Assembly (NCBI GenBank): GCA_965649825.1
Contig: OZ287699.1
Coordinates: 1,332,477-1,396,476, forward strand
Length of the DNA stretch: 64,000 nucleotides
Direction: 5' to 3'
DNA from: Penicillus capitatus
Taxonomy: Eukaryota; Plantae; Chlorophyta
In this document: positions 24,500 through 39,186 of the stretch, one piece after another
Position numbering within the stretch: the stretch's first letter is position 1
Layout: each line of letters opens with the position of its first letter
Made by a program: the position numbers and the translations under genes
The notes under the pieces: generated by a model
Told to the model about the DNA's origin: nothing
The model's input: only the letters and a program-made list of their open reading frames with translations
Databases searched by the model: none

Positions 24500-25009
24500 C
24501 TTTTGGCAAAACGACTCGCGTACGTTGACCTGGTCAGATACCACCCAAACGAAAACGTTAATGAAATCAATTTTTGGACAACGAACCTATCTCTGCGAAA
24601 GAAACTTGCACAACGGCCACCATCTCTTGCTTTATTGAAAGAGTTACTGACGGTTTCTTAAAGCAATGCGGGACATTACTGTTATGCCGACGTTTGCTTG
24701 CACAGTCCGAAGAATCGACGGGACGTAAAAACATTCCGTTTCGAACGAACCAACAGACGAGCGGGCGGGTGGCGGCAACGACCGAACAACGACATCTTTG
24801 TCCTCCTTGTTTAACGCGCGGATCTTTTGGTTAGGCGCGAACGTTTCCCAACAGCATCGCGCCGTGTGCTGTCGGTTTGACCCGCGTCTTGTATATGTTG
24901 TTGCAGTGATGTGTTCGCATAGTATGTCCGCACTGCGTTCCACCCCACGCGGGCAGTCATTAAAAAGTGCACGCTTGGGGAAAGGGCCGTTTTCTGTCGT
25001 TTAGTTGAG

Positions 25010-26678
25010 ATGTCGAAGAGACTTGAGATGAGCGAAACGACCGAACATTCTTTTCCGTCGTGCACGCAACCGTCTTGTCCGCAAAAGACGCGTTTGGAAG
25101 CAGAAGTGTGGCCGGAGAGCGAGAAACTGTGTCATGAACCCTGCGAAGCTGCCGTCGCTTGGGAACAAGCATTTGCCGTCAATCCCATTCCGATGCCAAC
25201 AGCGCCCGGTCTGCAACATTTCACTCCTTCCTATCCGTGACGGCAAGGGGACATGCGTCGTTAGATCGCGCTGGTGGGATATCCCTGCATCATGACGTGG
25301 ATTCTAGCGAATCCCAGCCGTCATGGCAATCGGTAACCATGTATCATCCAGTCATGGATCTTCCTTCAGGATACAGTGTTCATCCATCGCTGACACCCGC
25401 CGTCATTACTGGAGTACCACCACCCATGATTCCCGACATGCAGCTCTTGGGACCATCATCATCATCCTACATGACACAGAATAGCTGCCATGGCTACAAT
25501 ACGGTACGTGTTCTATCTGACGTGACGGTTTATTGGAGAGATACATGCGGCTCAGGAGATCAGTGTTCGAGATATGGGGAAGAAAACAAGATCATGCACG
25601 CCGCGTGTAAAGTATGGATTTGGTGCTTGGACGTGAATTGGTAGTCTTGGAGGACGTGCTCATCCTTTCAGGCCGTTGGCAAGAAGTTTTTTACGTCCTG
25701 TATCGACAGATACACGTGATGGTGTTGCGCGTCGAAGAGGCCGTCCACCAGGATCCGGCAACCGCAAACGCATGAATCCTCATAAGGATGGCCCCGACGG
25801 AGACAAGAAATTCAAAAGTCGTTCTATGTCATACACAGGTGTCTACAAGACACCAACCGGTCGCTGGAGAGCTCAAATCAGTCACGATGGCAAAGTCGTG
25901 CAGTTGGGAATGTACGAAAACGAAAGTGCAGCTGCCCATCATTGGGATATCGAAGCCATCCGTCTCAGGGGCAATTCAGCAAACCTCAATTTTCCGGAAC
26001 TGAAGTCTGCATACGTCTCCCTTGCAAGACAACCAGAAACGTTGCTTCCCCCACGAGCAAGCGGTGTTTTCTGTTTAGCTCACGAAGTTGTTGATGAGAA
26101 GCTGTGATGGTGGGATGCACGCGACCCTCTTGCTCAACGAAGATGTTATCTATCGCGAGATCCAAGAACCCTGCCGTGCCAACAGCGCTTCGACTTTTGG
26201 CAACGACTATCTTCAACTCTGCACCATCTCAAAGATCCTGTTGGTTTAGTGCCTAACCGTTCCAGCCCGCAGTTGGATGCACCAGTTGTGTCTTCCTATC
26301 CCATACATGCATCATCCACAATGCATGACACAGCTATGGTCGATTTCCACTATCCGTCTCTGGCAGAGTGCGCCCCAATGCCGACACTCCACCGCGAACT
26401 GTGGGGGCAGCCAGTGTCACAAATCCCATACACCACCACTACACTGAGAGATGAACACAAGAGACAGACGTTACAGGTTTCCTGCCATCGACGGCTCTTC
26501 TCTGTGTTATGTCCATGCATCACTGAAGGTTCCGATGAGCGAAACCGGCAAACATGACTTGCTTGTACCGAAGAACGCCGGAGAGCAGGCGCATGATGAA
26601 CAGCCCTTGTCGTCAGCGCCTGTGAAAGACATAGAGCAGCACCCTCTCGACACATCTCCCCCTTCCAATAATGTTTGA
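25010..26678 (+). CDS. AP2-domain transcription factor with AT-hook-like motif
   Basis: RRRGRPPG; YTGVYKTPTGRWRAQI...LGMYENESAAAHHWDIEAIRLRG...LNFP; N- and C-terminal exons approximate. Confidence 0.85.
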
Positions 26679-26841
26679 TGGCTTGCCGTGTCGAACGGAT
26701 CACATGCGTGTTCCACCGCATGACTGACATGATTGATTCTAAGGACACGATAACATCGTCTCCCAAATGATGGCCTTTCCTTCGGCACTGACTGAAGGAC
26801 GTTTCTTTTTATTGTAAACAGTCATGTATTGACCCATCCAA

Positions 26842-28800
<1,959 letters not shown>

Positions 28801-29082
28801 TATCTGTACGACACGTGAATGGACGTTAAAAGGATTCTGTCTGCATCGACAACGTCGTTACGGTTTTCGAGAGAGAAGGGTGAGAGATGAACTATCTGCG
28901 TGATGTCCTCGGTGTAAAGTGGAAAAGAGTTCCCGAGAGTCTCTTGCATCCGTTACCGATGCAGAATGCAAGTCTGGAACAACTGAGAGGACAGCAGAGA
29001 GCTCAGTGCGAGGTAAGAGAATCAGACACGAGGTGAGATCGAAGAGGACGTGCATGTGGAATAGGATAAATGCAGTGGGCGA

Positions 29083-32000
29083 GTGGGTGGTCTGGCGAAA
29101 GTGTTTTCGACAGACGATGATCAGATGTCGTCATCATTGGATGACGTGCCTCTGATGGCATGGTCGGATCGGAATTATGAGGGATGCGAGGTCAGTGCGT
29201 CGACGAGAGAAGATGAGAGTACTTTCGAAGAAAAGAGTGAGATGATATTGGAAGAAGGCGAAGGGATATGGCGACACGATGATGTTGTACAGAGCACGTG
29301 CTCTGCTGATGATATGACGGTCGAAATGGAAAGCACCGTGGACGAAGTTCCGATCGACTTGGGGGAAGAAGACGCAGTGACGATAAGCTCAGACGAAAGT
29401 GCCACAGACAGGGCAATAGATGCGCCTTCGTCACTTCAATCATCCGTGCAAGGGACAACCGTTCATCCGAGCGAACCGTCGTCTGTCAACGGCGTTGCGT
29501 CAGAGGTGGCATCTTGTGGGCATGCAGAGAATGAGAGTTTGCAGGACGGGGGAAATAAGGACACGAGCTCTGTTCCGATGCGAGACCTGGCCGAACAGAT
29601 ACTCGAAACAGAAGACGACGCTATCGAGGTTCGAGCTCGGCTACACCACAACGATGCTGGAGAAGCGGCTGCGCCTGTTACGGATGTCGAAAATGAAGCG
29701 ATCGATGCGTCTTGTGTCCAGGAGTCACTTCCTGGCATCGCGTTCGATTTAAGCATTGGCCCTGTGCAGCAGCATCAAGCAACGGAGGCGCTGTCAGTGA
29801 GTGATGCAGAAGATGCGCGTTTACAGAATGCGAACAAGGATGAGAACATTTCTGCACGGACGGTGGGCGGCAGCCCTCCAGAACAGATGACTGAAACGGA
29901 GTATGCCATCGAGATCCAGGCCTATACGGATCGAGAAGAGACCACCGATGAGTCTCCTTGCGATGGCTCACTGGCTGATGGACCGATCGAATGGAGCAAA
30001 CCGCAAGAACAGTCATGTACTACACCCGAGGCACAATTTTGCAGTCGTGCAGAGAATGGAAATCTGCGGAACAGGGAAGATGACGACAAAACCTCTGGAG
30101 AAATGATAGGCGTTGTCGAAGAGATACCACCTGAAAGGAAAGAATGCGTGACTGAGGATCAAAGCCATGCTGAGTCCGAAGATGATACAGAAACAGCTGA
30201 TCGAAAGATGAAGATCGGAGAGGATGTCACCGATGGGCCTGCAATCCCCACTTTACAGGACAGAGCACTGGTTCCACTCAGCACGACATTTGTGCTGCAG
30301 CGCGCTGTGTCAGAGACACAGTCTTCCAACCATGCAGAAGATGCGAGTTCACAGAACGAGGACAACGATGGAAACGCTTCTCCGTTGATGTTAGGTCCTG
30401 CCAAACAGATCCCTCAAGGAGAAGACGATGCAATTGAGGCCCGAACGTATTCTGCAGAAGAAGAGGAGACAAAAGCATCGGACCCCATCACAAATGTAGA
30501 AGATGTGACAGCATCCGAGACTTCTTCTTCACTCCATGTCTCGCTGGATGTGACAGCATCCGACGTCAACCATTCCTCTACACATCAGCACGTTGTTTCA
30601 GATGCGGCATCATCCAATGACGCAGAGGACGTATGTTTCCAGAAAGAGGACGATGATCAGGAAACTGCTGCTCTGGCGACTGGCCTTGCTAAACAGACAT
30701 CAGAAAACGAGGAATGCGTGACCGAGGTCCGAGACGATGCAGAAGCAGCTGATACTGATAAGGATGGAACCAATAAAGGACTGGAAGTTTATGCATCGCC
30801 GGAGGTGACAGCTTTGGATTCGACCAAGTCATCCATACAACAATGTGCTGCATCAGAGGCGCCTTTATCGGCTCAGAGAGAGCACGAACCGTTGCAGAAC
30901 CAAGACAACAACAATGACAGCTCTAAAGAAATGATGGATGTTGCAGAACAGACACTAGACGACAAGGAATGTGTGACCGAGGCCCAAGACTGTCCTCAGC
31001 AAGAAGAAGACGTAGGATCAGTGGGCTCTCTCGAGCATGCCGAAAATGATGTGACGGACGAGCCTTTGGCCAACGTCTTAATGGACAAAGACTCAATCGA
31101 TTTGAGCCATCTCTCTGCAGAGCAGAATCCTGCATTGGAGACAAACTCTGTTAACCACGCAGAAAAAGAGAGCTTGCAGGACGAGAGCAACGATGAGAGG
31201 ACTTCTCCTCCGATGACGGATCCTGCTGAGCAGATACCTGAAACGGAAGATGATGCAATCGAAGTCCAAACCTATCCTCATCAAGAAGAGCAGGCAGAAG
31301 GAGCAGGCTTTGTCGAGGATATCGAAGAGGAGGCCACAGATGCGTCTTCTGTTCATCACTCGCTTCCTGGCACAACTGTGGATCTGAGCAAACAGCAGAC
31401 ACAAAACAGTCACGCATCGGAGGCAGAATTCTTCAGCGACAGTGACGATCAACAAGAGCACCTGGTTGAAGAAGAGCTCAACATCAAACGAGATCGATGG
31501 CTTGATACACTGGCCTGCGTTGAGAGAGCAGAGAAATCAGAGTCGGAACACGAGCAAACAGAGCAGGCAGAGATCGAAACATCCGAAGAGAAAGAGCTGC
31601 ATCCCTTTACTCCGGAAGAAGACAATTCTCCACTGCCGGGAGCACTCGATCGCCACTCAAAGGAGCACGAGGGTTCTGATATGGATACCAATGCAAAAGC
31701 ACCGGACGAAGCAGACGCGAATCGGATCGACGCCGTTGTTGGGAAGGATGCAGAAGAGGACCTCCCGATAGAGAAACCAACAATACGTGCGTCGCACCTG
31801 CCCGCACAACAGGAAGAAACAGAAAAGGAGGAAGTGCCCGAGGCGGTATCAGATCACGCATCTCTTGAGAAAACCCATCAGGTATAGAGAACGCATGATG
31901 TGACTGTTCTGCCTTTTTTGTCTGTTCGATGCTGGAGTTTGCTTGTTATGGCTGCAGGCGGGAGATCAGTATACGGAGCAACTTGTGGAACTGCTCAAGG

Positions 32001-32439
32001 CATACCGATCTCAGGAGAGTGATGCAGCCTCCTTGCCAATCTCGCAATGGCCCGACAAGGACGTTCAGCATTTGACAGACCTCGTTCAGAAACTGAAGCA
32101 AAACGCAAAACAGATGCATGATCAACCACCACTTACCACAGAAGAGATCCATGAATTTGCCCGTTACTTAGGCACAGCCTTGTTCTTTCGTCTAAGCATG
32201 GATCATCCATCGCATGCGATCTAGGGATGGATGTTGAGAGAGATCAAGATCTGCTCTACATCGCTGAGTGGGCTATGACAGCTGCACTGCCATCAGAGTG
32301 GTCCGTACATCACGATACCGAAGGCAACGAGTACTTCTACGATTCGAAGACGAAGACATCACAGTATGAACATCCGATGGACCAAACCTATAGAGATCTT
32401 TACCAGAGACTCAAACAGATTTCTTCGCCATCCGATTAG
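29083..32439 (+). CDS. Large acidic repeat protein with a C-terminal CEP164-type WW module
   Basis: 934-aa D/E-rich ORF followed by exons PLTTEEIHEFARYLG|MD...LLYIAEWAMTAALPSEW...EYFYD...QYEHPMD; start uncertain. Confidence 0.7.
29520..31390 (+). repeat. About seven degenerate ~80-95 aa intragenic repeats
   Basis: Recurring HAE.ESLQ...D...S..M...AEQI.E.EDDAIEV / AEQT...ECVTE cores near 29590, 29880, 30115, 30400, 30690, 30945, 31225. Confidence 0.75.
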
Positions 32440-34567
32440 GAACGTTGTTTTTTCGCCAATGCTGTCAATTGTTCGATGAATGTCTCTGCAGAGATCATCT
32501 CTGTTGCCCCGTAGACTATTTGCTTTGCCTTGGACTGACTTGTCGCCCAGAGGTCAAGAGACTCCCTCTCCAGATAGTTTCCGCCGCCAACCATAAACAC
32601 CACTGCTTCTTTGGAAGCGACTGTCCCATCAGATGGTTTCCCTGGCGGCGCTTTGGGATCGAAGGTGCAAAATCGATCAACACCTGAACCGCTCTCGGAT
32701 TTGCCTTCCATCACTGCCTCCACAGCTGCCACCACTGGTGACCTCTTAGCACCAGAAAGCAGGTTCTTCACGCTTTTGGACACCGACGAGATCCCTTGTG
32801 AAAAATTCTTCTCGGCCCATGACAACAGATTGCCTTCTGAACTGCTGTGCATCACTTTGCTCAGCCCAGCAGAGGACTGCAATGTGCCTCCGGCCAGTTG
32901 ATTAACACAGAGCGTCCTGACATAAGAAAAGACCACGCCAGCCACTCCGCCACCGCCGCCAAGAGCCTGCAGAATAGACTGCAGTTCAGACTCCGGAGGC
33001 AAGGGATTGGCAGACAGCAGGTAGACGCAAGCAAGACGCAGTTTGTCCTGCATCGTTCCTTCGCTGCCTTCCAGAAGCTTCATCATCGAAGCGAGATCAA
33101 CCTTGCCCGACACCATGTCTTCTTCCAGGTTAAAGTACTGATCCAGCAGCCTGCACAACGCCAAGAGTGATTCTCGTGAGCAGCAGTGGTCATTGAGAAC
33201 CTTGCTTTGATGATGCTGAGCAATGCTGTTGCAATGCTCGTGTGCTTGTCCAGTACTTTCTTCTTTTCAGTCAGTTCTGGAAGAGAGGACACAGCAGCCA
33301 TGAGGTTTTGTGTTTCGATGGGTCCATCATCTGAGACCGATCCCTGTGCTGGCTGTTGCGCTGTTTTTTGATTGATCTCTTCGACGGCCTTCTTGTAGTT
33401 CTGCAGCTGAATCTCCACCTCCTCGGCAATCTGACAAGAAACAGATGCTGCGTTTGTCGGCCATTAATAACACAGAGTCACACTTTTGGAAAGGAATAGG
33501 CTCCGCATTTCTGCCAGAAGAAATCCTCTTCATCCACGTCGTAATGTGTGACGGTCTTCCCTGCAGAGCTCTCCGTTACGTGGTTACTCTTTTCCTCGAC
33601 CCGGACTCTGTTGAGATGGAGATGTAAGAGATCCTGGACCAACGGTTTGTAAGACCAGGAATGCTGAAGAGCTCCAGAGAGATCAAAGTTTCGATCGAAT
33701 ACAATCATCAGGGGCCGGGAAAGAGAGGACAGCAGACCAGACGTCGCCTCGGCAAAGACATTCTGTCTTGTCTTCAGTGCCGTACGAATTCTGTCATCCA
33801 GTGCCGAACAGATGTGCTCCGCTGCGCCTCCAGGTGGGCATTTGAGAAGAGGAATGGCCCCTAACGTGGCGAAGACGCAGAACAGGGCATCGACGATCTG
33901 TTCCACGACCACCTCAATGTCGGTGTCTCGCGCAGTGGGATCGTTCAATTGGGTGTACACTTCTGGAAGACCCAACGAGAACAGCCCCTTTTCCAGTGAG
34001 ATGAAGGACATGTACTGGTCCTCGACGCGCGCAATTTTCTGTACGGCATTGGCTTTGACGGTTCCTTGAGCCAGCGATTCCAAAAGCGGCCGAGAAATGC
34101 GCGAGATGAAGGTGAGATCGTATTGGCCGTAGAGATCGGCGGATAAATCTTTGATAATGGCGTCGACATTTTCAGCATTTCCTTGCACGAGATACACAGC
34201 AGGAACCTGCACGATGCACGTGGTCTCCCCCTCTCGTTTTTGATGTCTGTGCACCGCACCTCCTGAATGGGTTGACGTTCGGATTCGATCGCCAGGTGTA
34301 ATGTGACGCCCAATCCGCGCAGCTGATTGACTTTGAGGAGCGGAGCAACAAGATGGCGGCCGAATGCGTCCAGAATCAGAACTTTGTAAGATGTCGTCGT
34401 CTCGTTTTCCGTCATCCCCAAAGGGCGTCTCCCCGTCGCTTCCTTTCCCTCTGCTGACCCACATTGCTTCAGCAGTCGCGTCAGACATGCTACAGCACGA
34501 TGTCGATCTGGCTTCTTTGAGAAATCGGCCGAGGGAGACCTATTTGTCGAGCCTTGATATCGAGCAT
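32436..34567 (-). CDS. SLY1: Sec1/Munc18 family protein Sly1 (SCFD1)
   Basis: MLDIKARQI, YKVLILD...GVTLHL, PAVYLV, FDRNFDL...HSWSY.PLVQD, LDKHTSIAT, FMVGGGNYLE, YGATEMI. Confidence 0.93.
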
Positions 34568-34630
34568 GGTTGTGTGGAGTAATAATGATGGCGTTGTGTT
34601 ATGATGGAGGGCATTTGTCTCATCAAATAC

Positions 34631-37600
34631 ATGGAAAATGGAGGGCGAAGCTGCGCCGTTGACGATGCATTCTATCACGACGTCGCCATCGAGAGCGGTA
34701 CCGCCTGCGTGTCGACATTGCACGACATCGACATCCGCCGACATCCACAGGACGTCCCGTCATCCCGCGATCATTTCGTAGCGCTGGCCATGTCCGACGA
34801 GGGACGCGTCCCTGCGCGCAATATCCGTACTTCTGGACAATGGTCGATTTCGAGCGTACCGAGCAAGGGTAGTACAGCGAACGAACATACACTTTCCGTG
34901 CATGACTCCACGTGCGCTTAGGAGACTGGGATGTTTGGAAAAGACAGTTACGCAAGGCGATGGAAAAGACGTCGGTTCAGATGGGTCTGTTTCTGTTGCT
35001 GACCTACGTCCTCTTCGTCAACAACATCGCCACCATCGCTCGTGCCTCAGATGTCGCCATGACTCGGATCAATGTGACGCTGGTGGTCTCGTTTGTCTTG
35101 TTTTGTGGAGAAATGGTCATCAACTTCTCGATAGCTTCCAAACGCGATCTCCTCTATAACGCGATGGAAGTCATTGGAACGCTCTCTATATTGATGGAGG
35201 TATCATGGGTGACGGATTTCTTGGGATTGGACTACAATATAGAGACAGAGAACGTATCAAAAACGGCAATCATTACTTCCAGAGCAGGCAATGTGGCATT
35301 CTCCTTCTCTGCAGGAATGCCGTGTGTATGTGCACTAGGGAGAGTGACGCGAATGATCCGTTTGATTCGTTTTGTTCGAGCTTTGAAGATTTTCATCATG
35401 ATCCATCGCTTTTTTGCGAGAAGAATTGACGATGGTGGGAAGGAACGGTCCATTGCACCATCGACGATTGGTAACAGTCTGAACGACCGAATTTCTCTAT
35501 TGGTGAGTGATGGATGTGCTCCCGATTGGAGAAGCTGCACCGAAGCTGGCATTCTAGGCAGCGTTTCTGGTGATGATGACAATGATGCTGGTATCGTTAT
35601 TGAATGTCCATGACTCTGATGACACGAACAGAGCCTTCATGCTCATTCTCTCCCTCATCGACACACACCAACTCGACATTATGGTCTCACACATAAAGAC
35701 GTCGGTCACTCTTTTCTGATCCGCATTTCCTCACCCTCTCTGTTCTGTTCAGTTTTGTAGATCAAACTGACGGGGGAATGGTTTTGAGATGGATTCGAGT
35801 TGGGGCGTACGAACAGGAGTGGAGAGATCCTGGATGCTGTTCCATCGATCGAGACATGTAACGGCATTTCGTATGCAGTCCATCTCTCTGGTGAAAAAGT
35901 GTGACCACTGTATGCAGTGTACATCTGAAGAGGGATGGCACACCTGAGGTGCAGATCGAACTGGACATCTCAAAGCAGAACATCACGACTGCCTATTTGG
36001 AGATTCTTCTTGGACTGGCTGTGATTGTCGAACTTTTTGTCTTCGTGGCACTGCTGCAGCGCAACACGTCACGCATCTTGATTGCACCATTGGAGCGCAT
36101 TTTTACCACTATTCAGAAGAATGCTCACATGATTGTCAGCGCTCTGGATACTCCTGACCATCATGTAGGGTGTCACATCACACATCTCCTCTCTTTGATG
36201 TGCTCTCATGTTCCAGAACAATGAACCATCATCAGAGATCGATACCATCGAGGCAGCCATTAGTAAAATGAGTAAATTAGTGGCACATATAAGTGCTACA
36301 GGTCAAGGTGGATCGCTTCGTTGCTGTTTATGCATCGCAATGATCGATGATGTGTTGGTGGTCGTGTAGGGAATCATGTGCTAAACAACTATGTACAGGA
36401 TGAGCACACAAGTGCAGATACAAGAGCATGGCTCAATGACTTCACTCAAAGTGCCAAAGTGACGAGTTTCAAAAGAAGAGCCAAATCAACAGAAACGCCA
36501 TCCACTGTGAGATCCCTTTCCGGCGGCGTCATAAAAGGATCATTGCTTTCTGGCGATACAGAAACCGACATTGGACCGCTCTCTGACGCACATACAATCT
36601 GAAGACCAGCAAAAACGCCGACAGCATATCTCAAGGCTCATGTCAGCCATTGACAGAACCGCACTCTGTTCCTGGCACTTTGATGTCACACAGTACACGT
36701 TTGAGGTCTCGATCTGCCAACATGACCTGTGGATAACCGACGGCGCATGACTCAGGAACTCACTGCAGCAATCTGTCTGATGTTTGAAGATCTGAAGCTG
36801 GCTTCGTTTGCCGACGTCTTTGAACAGTCAGATGTTCTGGTTCCGTTTGAATGTCTCTGGGATTTTATTACGAGGGTCCTCCTCATTGCTCTCCATCAGG
36901 TGACGCCTTCTAAGGGACTGTCTGTTGCAGGTAAGAGGATTCTACCATAATGTTCCGTATCATAATTTCTTTCACTGCTGCGATGTGGCACACGCCACTT
37001 TCCGTTTTATTAAACTCACCGAAAAGCGCACGGGAATGTCATCGCTGGAGAGCTTTGCACTGATGATCGCATCTATTTGTCACGATATGGATCATCCCGG
37101 TAGGTTCCGTACAGATATCTCTTGGTCTGGCTCTCTGTGTGATCGGCCATTGTGTGCCAGGACTGCAAAATGCTTTCCTGATTGACACCCATCATCATCT
37201 GGCCACTATGTATAACGACCGTTCCGTTTTGGAGAATCGACACGTTTCGTGTGTCTACTCACTCGTTTCTGAACATCCGGAAGCAGACGTCTTTCAGTAT
37301 TTGGACAAGAGCAGTTGGAAAGACGTTCGCAAGATCATTATCGAATCTATACTGCATACGGATATGGGAAAGCATTTTGGAATGGTATCCAAGGCGGAGA
37401 TCTTTTACGAACTGCATGGGGCTGCGATCAATGCAGATAACGGCAATTCACTCTTTGATGACCCAGGAGATCGTCTTTTTCTTTTCTCACTCTTATTGCA
37501 CTGTGCAGATATCTCAAATCCTGTCCGTCCCCTCAACGTTGCCGAAAAGTGAGAAACGATGTGACATGTACGCGCTCACTCTTTGGAGGACTTTTCTTCA

Positions 37601-38027
37601 GATGGGCAGATAATGTGTTGGACGAATTCTTTCTCCAAGGAGACGAAGAACGAAAACGTGGAATGCCAATTTCTCATTTGTGTGACCGAAACGTCACATC
37701 ACGTCCCACATCTCAAATCGACTTTCTAGAGTACATCATTGCTCCTCTCTTCTACCATGTCTGTACACTACCACACGTCACATCGTTTCTCACTCATTGA
37801 TGAGCTCTCTCTCCACTTAGGTCGTGCGTATCTTTCCTGAACTGCGAATGACGCTTATGCACTTGGAAGAAAACCGCCGCTTCTGGGACAAGATATATCT
37901 AAGAGAGATCGAGGACAAGATACCCAACAGCAGCGAAGAAAAGAACAAAGCCAATAAACGCTTAGAGGCCTTTCTTTCAAAATACAGAGATCTTTTCGAT
38001 GTGCATCATCCCACTTCTACAGGGTAA
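34631..38027 (+). CDS. Voltage-sensor-like (S1-S4) plus two TM helices plus class I cyclic-nucleotide phosphodiesterase fusion
   Basis: Contiguous exon chain; S4 SRAG|RVTRMIRLIRFVRALK; PDE motifs YHNFFH, HDMDHPG, LENRH, LHTDM, HCADISNP, EFFLQGD, SQIDF; start codon uncertain (34601, 34631 or 34790). Confidence 0.85.
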
Positions 38028-38191
38028 GCAGCTTCGATCTGTCGCGTCATCTCTGATCCTCGTGCACAGCTTGATCGGCAAGCAGTTGTCACAAGAGTGA
38101 GGGTGAAACGCGTGTATGTCAGTTGATTCTTACACCACATTCTGAGTGTGCACCACGAATAAGAACAAGAAATCCACGTGTAATCTCTTCA

Positions 38192-39080
38192 TTAGACGCA
38201 GTTCTCCCCAGAGAAACAGATGATGAGGAACAGAATGAGGGCAATCATCAGAATGATGCCGAGAATCGTTGCTTTCATTTTGAAATTCTGCCACCACATT
38301 TTTGAACGTAATCTCTGTCCCTGGTGTTGAAACTGGGCTGCCTGTGGAGTGACAGGATCGTCAGAGAACAGACAGAGATGGATGTCACGCTTACATGGTT
38401 TCGCAAGTCATCAGTCTTGTCGACCAAAACCTCTATCTTCTCACCCCTCTTCAGCACTTCCTCGATGTTCTCGACCATGATGTTCTTGACCTCGTCCACC
38501 TCAAACGTCACATCACGCACATCTCACTCTTTTCAAGCTAAGGAAGGAGCACACTTTTTTCTGAACGGAGGCAATTTTGGAAATCTCTTCTGGATGTTCT
38601 TGGCAGTATTCCATGTGCGTCTTTAGCACCGGACTGTCCATCGAACACAGCGGCATTGACAGCAATGTGATGAGATGTATGGGATGGGATGATACCCAAA
38701 GACACGGTCCAAGGATCCCTCTGTCGCAGAGAGTGCCTTGGCACCGTGTTTCTTCTGGAAGTCCGATGCCACACGTTGCAGGAATCCAAATGGAATGGTC
38801 CGTCCATACGACTCTTCAGCCACCGCCAGGTAGACTGTAGGCCACACAAAGCAAGGGAACCTCGCTTTCCTTGTGTGCACGACATCAGGGGACGCTCACT
38901 AAAATCTCCATCGTTTAGGAAATTGAATGTATGGCGGTCGCAATTGATAGTGAATTTCGCTTCCGGGTTGGATACGTTTTGCAGACACTCTATCGCTACC
39001 GTCTTAAAGTTGCCAGAGTATGCTGTGTATTCGGCCAGGACGGTCGTCCCGCGAGCAACGAAGCTGTAAATCAGCGGCAT
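38192..39080 (-). CDS. VAMP7: Longin R-SNARE, VAMP7/VAMP72-like
   Basis: [61 protein letters not shown]-terminal TM. Confidence 0.95.
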
Positions 39081-39186
39081 GGCGTCTTCGCCGTTTGCGT
39101 TGTCGGATGTGGCGTGCGCGTTGAAATTCTTGTTCTTCTCGTACAAAGGGACGTGACGTGGCTGAGCAGGTGGCACTTGTGGTCTG

